From the NCBI RefSeq assembly GCF_000143845.1, contig NC_014363.1, positions 209,186-233,185 on the forward strand: a stretch of 24,000 bases of DNA. The letters run 5' to 3'. Under the pieces are notes generated by a model. The model was not told the DNA's origin and ran no database searches. It saw only the letters and a program-made list of their open reading frames with translations. Below, piece after piece: positions 1 to 7,800 of this stretch. Both the position numbers and the translations under genes were made by a program. This stretch comes from Olsenella uli DSM 7084. Its GTDB lineage: Bacteria; Actinomycetota; Coriobacteriia; Coriobacteriales; Atopobiaceae. How positions within the stretch are numbered: position 1 is the stretch's first letter; the number at the start of each line of letters is the position of its first letter.

Positions 1-1
1 G

Positions 2-208
2 ATGCTGCTTGACAGCGGGGAGTGCGCAAGCGTGTTGCCCCGTGGGGTCATACTGCGACACGATCGCAGCAATGTCCGCACCATCAGGCTCGATATGGGC
101 GACGCAACGCTGTATTGGCTCGCCGCTTGGCACAAGGACGGTGACAGCCGCATCATCGACGCCATCCTTGATGCCATCTCGTGTCGGGAGGACCTGTTCT
201 TCGCGTGA
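2..208 (+). CDS. 3' end of a CDS entering from upstream of the window; possibly the C-terminal effector-binding part of a LysR-type regulator
   Basis: The frame is open to the window edge and stops at 206-208. The tail (GECASVLPRGV...IRLDMGDATLYWLAAWHKD...IIDAILDAI) resembles the last units of LysR substrate-binding domains. The N-terminus is not visible, so this is weak. Confidence 0.3.
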   Translation: MLLDSGECASVLPRGVILRHDRSNVRTIRLDMGDATLYWLAAWHKDGDSRIIDAILDAISCREDLFFA

Positions 209-289
209 GCCCTTCCGCTCGACTTCTCGCGCGCATTCTGTAGAGTGTGGGTGAGAAAGCTTGCCCGGAGGTTGCCGGAGGAACCCGCA

Positions 290-1930
290 ATGAACAGTGA
301 GGCCAACAGCGAGGCCGTCGCGCTCGCGTCCAACCACGTCTTCGTCAGCGCACGGCGCCCCGACGAGGCCGCAACCCTTGTGCTGAGGGGCGGCTGCGTC
401 GAGCGCCTGCTTCCCCGCGAGGCGGCCTCGGATCTTGCGGCAGCAGGGATCGAGGTCCGCGACTTGGGCGAGGCCTTCGTGACGCCGGGATTTCACGACG
501 CCCACCAGCACGTGTTCCATGCCGCCCTCTTTCCCTCGGGACTTGCCACGGAGTATCGTGGCACGAGCGAGCGGGACGTGGTCGACCACATGGTCTCCTT
601 CGCGCGCACGCGCCCGGGAGATGGCTGGCTTCTGGGGCATGGCTGGCGCGAGACCTTCTGGAATCCCGCGCAAGCGCCCACGCGCAGCTCGCTTGACGCC
701 GCCTTCCCCAATCGCCCTGTGGCGCTGTACTCCGGAGACGCCCACACCCTCTGGGTGAACTCGGCAGGCCTGCGGGAGCTGGGGATAGACGAGGGAACCG
801 AGCCTCCCCAGGGCGGCAGCTTCGATCGCGACGACGAGGGGCGCCTGACGGGCGTCCTGCGCGAGGCCGCGGGTATGTTCTATGTGGCGCGTGTCCTGCG
901 CAGCCTTCCCCTCGACGAGATGAAGGGCATCTACCGCTCCTACTTCGTGCGCCTCAATGCCATGGGCGTCACGAGCGTGTGCGACATGGCGCTCTCCCTG
1001 GTGCCCGGTGCAGATGGCATCAACCCTGCCGTGTACGAGGCGCTGCTTGCTGAGGGCGACCTCACGCTGCGTGCCCACCTGTTTCCCACGCTCTCGGAGG
1101 ACGAGTCCAACCTGGAGGGGCTCCAGGCCCGCCTCACGGGCGACATGCTGCGCGCTCCCGGCTTCAAGCAGTTCTTCGATGGCGTGAGCAGCCAGCATAC
1201 TGCCTGGGTCACGGACGAGTATGCCAACCCCCGCTTTGCCGGTGACGTCGGGCGGCCGACCGTCGCGCCGGAGCGCATGCGCGCCCTCGTGCTCGCCGCC
1301 GCGAGCCGAGGCCATGCCGTGCGCATCCACACCATCGGCGACGAGGCCGTCCGCCAGGCCATCGACATCTTCACGGAAGCTCATAGGCGCTACGGCGACC
1401 CCCACCAGGGCGCCAACACGATGGAGCACGTCGAGGACATCCACCCCGAGGACATCGCCCGCATGGCCGCGGCCCACGTGGTCGCATCGGTGCAGCCGCC
1501 CCACGTCACGATCGACGTCACGCAGCCTGCACGCGATCTGGGCGAGTGGCGGGCGCGGCGCATGTGGCCCTTCGACCAGATGCTGCACCAAGGCGTGACG
1601 TTGGCGTTCGGGACGGACGCGCCGGTCGTCGCACCGAATGCACTCGACGTCCTGTGGTGCGCGACCGAGCGCTCCGACCCCGACGCCCACGAGCCGGCCT
1701 CCGGCTGGCATCCCGAGCACCGCGTCTCGCGCATCCAGGCCATTGGGGCCTACACCGCCGGCTCCGCCGCTGCCGTCGCCCGTGCGGGCGAGCTGGGCAC
1801 CCTCGAGCCAGGCATGCTTGCCGACCTCGCTGTCTGGGACACCAACCTCCTGACGGTGCCGTCCGAGCGCCTCCAGGGGTCGCGGGTCCTCGAGACATAC
1901 GTAGGGGGTTGCCGCGTCTGGTGCGCCTAG
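290..1930 (+). CDS. Metal-dependent amidohydrolase, Amidohydrolase_3 / YtcJ-like family (substrate unknown)
   Basis: ORF 245..1930. I prefer ATG 290, which has GGAGG at 277-281 (8-nt spacer). Motifs: TPGFHDAHQHVF (HxH metal site), VRIHTIGD, AFGTDAPV (metal Asp), and a C-terminal ADLAVWD typical of this family. Confidence 0.8.
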   Translation: MNSEANSEAVALASNHVFVSARRPDEAATLVLRGGCVERLLPREAASDLAAAGIEVRDLGEAFVTPGFHDAHQHVFHAALFPSGLATEYRGTSERDVVDHMVSFARTRPGDGWLLGHGWRETFWNPAQAPTRSSLDAAFPNRPVALYSGDAHTLWVNSAGLRELGIDEGTEPPQGGSFDRDDEGRLTGVLREAAGMFYVARVLRSLPLDEMKGIYRSYFVRLNAMGVTSVCDMALSLVPGADGINPAVYEALLAEGDLTLRAHLFPTLSEDESNLEGLQARLTGDMLRAPGFKQFFDGVSSQHTAWVTDEYANPRFAGDVGRPTVAPERMRALVLAAASRGHAVRIHTIGDEAVRQAIDIFTEAHRRYGDPHQGANTMEHVEDIHPEDIARMAAAHVVASVQPPHVTIDVTQPARDLGEWRARRMWPFDQMLHQGVTLAFGTDAPVVAPNALDVLWCATERSDPDAHEPASGWHPEHRVSRIQAIGAYTAGSAAAVARAGELGTLEPGMLADLAVWDTNLLTVPSERLQGSRVLETYVGGCRVWCA

Positions 1931-2242
1931 CACCTGGGCCCTGAGGTCGCGGACGCAGCGCTCGAAATCACGCATGATCTCGCCGCCTATGGCATGGAAG
2001 ACGAGGCACAGATGCATACGATGCGGACGCCGGACTCGATTGCCAACGCATTCGATGCCCTCGAGGTCGCCCGCCGGCGAGGGGTCACGCGTCGTGACGA
2101 CCTCTATGAAGAGCTCTATCGACGGCAGCGCATCGAATGGGCGAGGAGAGAGGACGAGAGGCGCTCCTCATGGGGAGGCTATTGCTAGACTGTGGTGGGA
2201 GCGCTAGCCGTTCGCCCAGAAAAGGCATCACGTCGAGAGGGC

Positions 2243-4195
2243 ATGCCCATGCAGGATGGATTCGTCAAGGTTGCCGCCCGCTCGCCCAAGGTGAGCGTGG
2301 CCGACGTGCACGCCAACGTCGACGCCTGTGTTGCCGAGGCTGCTGATGCCGTGCGGTCCGATGGTGCCAAGCTGGTGGTGCTGCCCGAGCTCTGCGTCAC
2401 GGGCTACACTTGCGAAGACCTCTTCTGGCAGGATGAGCTCCTCGATGCCGCCGAGCGTGGCCTTCGGACGCTGGCCGAGCGCACGACGGTGCTTGACGCG
2501 CTCGTGTTGGTCGGCATCCCTGCGCGCGTGAACGACAAGCTCTACAACTGCGCCGCTGCTCTCGCGCACGGCGAACTCCTAGGCCTGGTGCCCAAGCGCA
2601 ATATCCCTAACTACAACGAGTTCTATGAGGCGCGCCACTTTGCGGCTGGGCCCACGGATGTGTCGCACGTCCGCTTCGCAGATTGGGAGAACATACCCTT
2701 TGGTACGTCCCAGCTGTTTGCCTGCAGCACTCTTCTGCAGCTCAAGGTAGCCGTGGAGGTCTGTGAGGACCTCTGGGTTGCCAGCCCGCCCTCCATCGCC
2801 CATGCTCAGGCGGGCGCCACGGTCATCTGCAACCTCTCCGCCTCCAATGCCGTGGTGGGCAAGGCGGACTACCGCCGCGAGCTTGTGGTGGGCCAGAGCG
2901 CACGCTTGGTTTCCGCCTACGTGTACGCAAGCGCCGGGTGGGGGGAGTCCACGCAAGACCTCGTGTTCTCCGCACATGACCTCATTGCCGAGAACGGCGT
3001 GCTTCTCGCGCAGGCCAGTCCCTTTGGCGAGGCTGCCGTTACCACCGAGATAGACGTGGCCTCGCTTTCCGCAGAACGTCGTCGCCTCTCCACGTTTGGC
3101 TGCACGCCAACGGCCCAAGACGCAGGCTACGAAGTCACGACCTTTTCGCTCGCCACGGCAGACACGCGTCTCACGCGACGCGTCGATCCGCACCCCTTCG
3201 TGCCGGCCAATCCAGCGCGCCGCGCCGAGCGCTGTGAGGACGTGCTCTCCATCCAGTCGCATGGCCTTGCCAAGCGCCTCTCGCACACGCGCTCCGACTG
3301 CGCCGTGGTGGGCGTATCCGGGGGGCTCGACTCCACGCTGGCACTGCTGGTCTGCGCCCGGGCCTTCGACATCCTCGGGTTGGATCGCTCCGGCATCCTC
3401 GCCGTCACCATGCCGGGCTTCGGCACCACAGACCGCACGCACGGCAACGCGACCGTGCTCGCCGACACCTTGGGCGCAACGCTCCGCGAGGTTGACATCA
3501 CGACCGCCGTGCTCCAGCACTTCTCCGACATCGGCCACGACGAATCCGACCACTCCGTCACCTACGAGAACGCCCAGGCCCGCGAGCGCATGCAGGTCCT
3601 GATGGATATGGCCAACCAGGAGGGTGGCCTGGTCGTAGGCACCGGAGACCTCTCCGAGCTGGCGCTGGGCTGGGCCACCTACAATGCCGACCACATGAGC
3701 ATGTACGGCGTGAACGCCGGCATCCCCAAGACGCTCGTGCGTCATCTCGTGCGCTATGTGGCGGACATCACCGCCTCCGACGGCCTCTCGCGCGTGCTGC
3801 TGGATGTTCTCGACACGCCCGTCTCGCCCGAGCTTCTGCCGGCGACGGCGCACGGCACCATCTCCCAGCGCACCGAGGACCTTGTCGGCCCATACGAGTT
3901 GCACGACTTCTTCCTCTACCAGGTCCTGCGTCGAGGCTTTGCTCCGCGTAAGGTGTACCGTCTCGCACGCTACGCGCTGGGGGAGGGGACGGCTGCTGGC
4001 TACGATGACGCTACGATCCTCAAGTGGCTGCGCACGTTCTACCGCAGGTTCTTCTCGCAGCAGTTCAAGCGCAGCTGCCTGCCCGACGGCCCTAAGGTAG
4101 GCTCGGTGGCGGTGAGCCCACGCGGGGACCTGCGCATGCCGAGCGACGCCTGCGCCAATTCCTGGCTGCGTGAGCTTGCCGGACTGGGGAAGTAG
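2243..4195 (+). CDS. nadE: Glutamine-dependent NAD+ synthetase (N-terminal CN-hydrolase/glutaminase domain plus C-terminal NAD synthetase domain)
   Basis: ORF 2192..4195; the start is probably ATG 2243 or 2249 (MPMQDGFVKVAA...). Nitrilase-type motifs: LPELCVTGYTCEDLF and VEVCEDLW (catalytic Cys). PP-loop motif: VGVSGGLDSTLALLV. At about 650 aa it matches the long glutamine-dependent form. Confidence 0.9.
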   Translation: MPMQDGFVKVAARSPKVSVADVHANVDACVAEAADAVRSDGAKLVVLPELCVTGYTCEDLFWQDELLDAAERGLRTLAERTTVLDALVLVGIPARVNDKLYNCAAALAHGELLGLVPKRNIPNYNEFYEARHFAAGPTDVSHVRFADWENIPFGTSQLFACSTLLQLKVAVEVCEDLWVASPPSIAHAQAGATVICNLSASNAVVGKADYRRELVVGQSARLVSAYVYASAGWGESTQDLVFSAHDLIAENGVLLAQASPFGEAAVTTEIDVASLSAERRRLSTFGCTPTAQDAGYEVTTFSLATADTRLTRRVDPHPFVPANPARRAERCEDVLSIQSHGLAKRLSHTRSDCAVVGVSGGLDSTLALLVCARAFDILGLDRSGILAVTMPGFGTTDRTHGNATVLADTLGATLREVDITTAVLQHFSDIGHDESDHSVTYENAQARERMQVLMDMANQEGGLVVGTGDLSELALGWATYNADHMSMYGVNAGIPKTLVRHLVRYVADITASDGLSRVLLDVLDTPVSPELLPATAHGTISQRTEDLVGPYELHDFFLYQVLRRGFAPRKVYRLARYALGEGTAAGYDDATILKWLRTFYRRFFSQQFKRSCLPDGPKVGSVAVSPRGDLRMPSDACANSWLRELAGLGK

Positions 4196-4291
4196 CAAGA
4201 CGACAAGGCCCAGCCACAGGACCCTGCTCTCGCATGAGCACGCGGGCAGTACAAAATCTAAGTGTCATCACGAAGATTTTTTCTCTCAGGG

Positions 4292-4300
4292 TGGTATAAG
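4292..4300 (+). promoter_or_regulatory. Candidate extended -10 element (TGGTATAAG) for groES-groEL
   Basis: TGgTATAAG lies about 108 nt upstream of the groES ATG in a locally AT-richer stretch (gattttttctctc just upstream). No convincing -35 box. The assignment is by eye only. Confidence 0.25.
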
Positions 4301-4321
4301 GCTTGCGCGCTGGGTATCATC

Positions 4322-4333
4322 TCCAACGTTGGA
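4322..4333. promoter_or_regulatory. Perfect 12-bp palindrome TCCAACGTTGGA in the groES leader or promoter region
   Basis: Read directly from the sequence; it is its own reverse complement. It lies about 75 nt upstream of the groES start. Confidence 0.4.
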
Positions 4334-4360
4334 AACGCTCGGGGCCCGGTGGGGCCACCA

Positions 4361-4375
4361 GCGCAAGTCTTGCGC
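4361..4375. promoter_or_regulatory. Perfect palindrome GCGCAAG-T-CTTGCGC in the groES leader; a third CTTGCGC copy lies at 4302-4308
   Basis: Seven-bp arms around a single central T, so the loop is too short for an RNA hairpin and a dimeric protein site is more likely. It ends about 33 nt upstream of the groES ATG. The half-site recurs at 4302-4308. Confidence 0.4.
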
Positions 4376-4407
4376 CCCGTCGGCGCACGAGAGGGAGGTA
4401 CCTCGAT

Positions 4408-4698
4408 ATGACTCTTAAGCCTTTGGGCGACCGCGTCCTCGTCAAGCCTGCTCCCAAGGAGGAGAAGACCGCCAGCGGCCTCTACATCTCCTCTGGCGCT
4501 CAGGAGAAGCCGCAGCGTGGCGAGGTCATCGCTGTTGGTGCCGGCAAGCTCAACGACAAGGGCGAGCGCATCGTCCCGGACGTCAAGGTGGGCGACCAGG
4601 TCTACTACGGCAAGTTCGGCGGCAACGAGATCAAGGTCGACGGCGAGGACTTCCTGCTCCTGCGCGCCGATGACATCTACGCGATCGTTACTGAGTAG
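4408..4698 (+). CDS. groES: Co-chaperonin GroES (10 kDa)
   Basis: MTLKPLGDRVLVKPAPKEEKTASGLYI... is canonical GroES and is 96 aa long. GGGAGG sits at 4393-4398 upstream of ATG 4408. The track ORF (4303) carries a 35-aa non-homologous extension. Confidence 0.97.
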   Translation: MTLKPLGDRVLVKPAPKEEKTASGLYISSGAQEKPQRGEVIAVGAGKLNDKGERIVPDVKVGDQVYYGKFGGNEIKVDGEDFLLLRADDIYAIVTE

Positions 4699-4720
4699 CA
4701 GGATCGTCTTCGCACTCTGA

Positions 4721-6391
<1,671 letters not shown>

Positions 6392-6442
6392 GCCATCCGC
6401 TCTTACCGAGCTGCTTGCTCTCACAGCCGAGTGACATGCCAA

Positions 6443-6476
6443 GACGCCCTGTCCCTCATGCGAGGGTCAGGGCGTC
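6443..6476 (+). terminator. Stem-loop downstream of groEL (likely intrinsic terminator)
   Basis: GACGCCCTGTCCCTC-atgc-GAGGGTCAGGGCGTC: 15-nt arms with one central mismatch and a 4-nt loop, 52 nt after the groEL stop. It is followed by tgtctct, a poor U-tract, which is common in high-GC genomes. Confidence 0.6.
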
Positions 6477-6554
6477 TGTCTCTGCCGGTCCGCGTCCATC
6501 GAGGCAGCCTGGGTGCTCCAAGGAGACCGACAAAGGAGGAGCTCGCAGGTCTCA

Positions 6555-6578
6555 CTCGCGTCCCTTCTCGCGTCCCTT
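6555..6578. repeat. Perfect tandem direct repeat, 12 bp x 2 (CTCGCGTCCCTT)
   Basis: Read directly: 6555-6566 is identical to 6567-6578. It lies in the non-coding spacer between convergent groEL and yjjW. Confidence 0.85.
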
Positions 6579-6631
6579 GGTGCCGCCCCTCTTGGCATCG
6601 ACCTTCGCGGCTTGGCGTCGTCTCTCGGCCC

Positions 6632-6822
6632 CCAGAAGTGTGCACCGCTTCGCCAGAAGTGAGTACTTTTTCGTCCTTTGGAGAGGAGTACAAAGCCCGA
6701 TCGACATGTGCCCCTCGACATCATCGCAGGTACAGTGGCTGCCGAAAAAAGCAGAGGTGGGCGCAGGCACACACTTCCACAGCACAGGCACACACTTCCA
6801 CAGCACGGGTACACACTTCTGG
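6632..6822. repeat. 191-bp element bounded by 15-bp inverted repeats (14/15), with internal 21-bp phased GAAGTG/CACTTC sub-repeats; MITE-like or iteron-like
   Basis: The left end CCAGAAGTGTGCACC (6632-6646) matches the reverse complement of GGTACACACTTCTGG (6808-6822), which is CCAGAAGTGTGTACC. A second CCAGAAGTG lies at 6653-6661, 21 bp from the first. The right side carries a 21-bp tandem array. The interior is less GC-rich than the flanks. Confidence 0.6.
6765..6819. repeat. 21-bp tandem repeat, about 2.6 copies (AGGCACACACTTCCACAGCAC)
   Basis: 6765-6785 is identical to 6786-6806. A degenerate third partial copy, GGGTACACACTTC, spans 6807-6819. This forms the right arm of the 6632-6822 element. 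Confidence 0.9.
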
Positions 6823-6903
6823 TGGGTCCGGCGTGGCAGTGTCGCTTGGCCTACAGGCTTAGGCGCCATCGGTCGCCCTAGCTCCAGGTAACGACCGCCA
6901 CCC

Positions 6904-7800
6904 CTAGGTGGTGACCACCTCCCCAAAGCCGACATCGCGCGCGCGGCGCTCCAGCTGCGCCATGCGCTCGTCGCTGGGCGAGGCCATCGAGGAGAGCTCG
7001 CCGATGACGCCAAAGCGCCGAAACCGGATGAGCTTCAGGCGCTGCCTGCCGACCAGCTCGCCCAAGGTATCCGCGATGCCGTCGATGGCGTCCTCGGGGT
7101 CGTTCCAGCCGTCCACCACGACGACGCGTATCTCCTCGAGTTTGTCCCGCTCGCCCAAGAACGCAAGGTTCTTCAGGACGGTGGCGTTGCCCGAGCCCGT
7201 CAGGCGACGAAAGAGCCCGTCGTCCCAGGCCTTCACGTCGAGCATGACGCCATTGGCCACGGCAAGGAGGTCCTCGTGTCCCTCGAAGTCGATGGTGCCG
7301 TTGGTGTCGATGAGCGTTTCCAGCCCGATGCCCCGGCAGCGCTCAAAGAGCCCCTTCAGGAAGCGAGGGTGCAGCATGCACTCGCCGCCCGAGGTGGTCA
7401 CGCCGCGGATGAAGGGCACGTAGCCGCGCACGATGCCAAAGACCTCCCCGGCGTCCAGGAGGCGCACCTTGGGGGAGGCCCTGTGGCCGCAGACGTGGAT
7501 GCACTGGTCGCAGCCAATGCACGTGGCCTCGTCCCACACCACGCGCCCCTCGCGCAGCGAGAGTGCGCCCGACGGGCAGCCGGCAACGCAGTCCGTGCAG
7601 TTGATGCATGTCGCCTGGGTCTCGGGGTTGTGGCAGTAGGCACAACGGATGTTGCACCCCTGTAGGAAGACGGAGCAGCGCGAACCCGGGCCATCCACCA
7701 GGCTGAAGGGGATGACCTTGTTCACCATCACGCGCTCGGATGTGCGCTCGGATGCCCGCCTTCCCAATCTGGGGGCGGCAGCGTCGTCAGCTGGCATCAC
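6904..7800 (-). CDS. yjjW: Glycyl-radical enzyme activating protein (radical SAM), YjjW-like, with two auxiliary ferredoxin-type cluster motifs
   Basis: VDGPGSRCSVFLQGCNIRCAYCHNPE contains the CxxxCxxC motif at 7633-7656. It is followed by CINCTDCVAGCP and CIGCDQCIHVCG (CxxCxxCxxxC[PG]), and GVTTSGGE is typical of GRE activases. The start is uncertain. GTG 7800 overlaps the upstream stop as GTGA, ATG 7797 is the next codon, and ATG 7728 (MVNKVIPFSLVDGPG) is closest to homologue N-termini but has no clear SD. Confidence 0.85.
   Translation of the reverse strand: MMPADDAAAPRLGRRASERTSERVMVNKVIPFSLVDGPGSRCSVFLQGCNIRCAYCHNPETQATCINCTDCVAGCPSGALSLREGRVVWDEATCIGCDQCIHVCGHRASPKVRLLDAGEVFGIVRGYVPFIRGVTTSGGECMLHPRFLKGLFERCRGIGLETLIDTNGTIDFEGHEDLLAVANGVMLDVKAWDDGLFRRLTGSGNATVLKNLAFLGERDKLEEIRVVVVDGWNDPEDAIDGIADTLGELVGRQRLKLIRFRRFGVIGELSSMASPSDERMAQLERRARDVGFGEVVTT

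Noticed and set aside
1994-2188. 64-aa ORF (MEDEAQMHTMRTPDSIANAFDALEVARRRGVTRRDDLYEELYRRQRIEWARREDERRSSWGGYC) in the 310-bp gap before nadE
   Set aside because: It has no SD upstream of the ATG, mixed codon third-position usage and no recognisable motif. It overlaps a second ORF (1974..2207) in another frame. It could be a real small protein, but the sequence alone does not support calling it.
2579-4198. 539-aa ORF antisense to nadE
   Set aside because: Same reasoning. It is fully nested in the opposite strand of a motif-rich NadE gene, and the sequence is Arg/Ala/Gly-rich with no domain signatures.
4196-4407. CIRCE (HrcA) or HAIR (HspR) operator upstream of groES
   Set aside because: I looked for TTAGCACTC-N9-GAGTGCTAA and CTTGAGT-N7-ACTCAAG by eye and found no acceptable match, so neither is annotated. 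Other palindromes in this region are reported instead. A matrix scan should confirm this.
6765-6819. Possible CRISPR array
   Set aside because: There are only about 2.6 directly abutting 21-bp copies with no spacers, and no cas genes in the window. This is a tandem repeat, not a CRISPR array.
6415-7013. Several 90-158-aa ORFs on both strands in the groEL/yjjW spacer (for example 6415..6891 +, 6431..6862 +, 6467..6814 -, 6552..7013 -)
   Set aside because: The translations are Arg/Pro/Ser-rich, the ORFs overlap one another, and none has an SD. The repeated peptide strings (GTHFHSTGTHFHSTGTHF / AQAHTSTAQAHTSTA) are simply the 21-bp tandem DNA repeat read in frame. I treat the region as non-coding.
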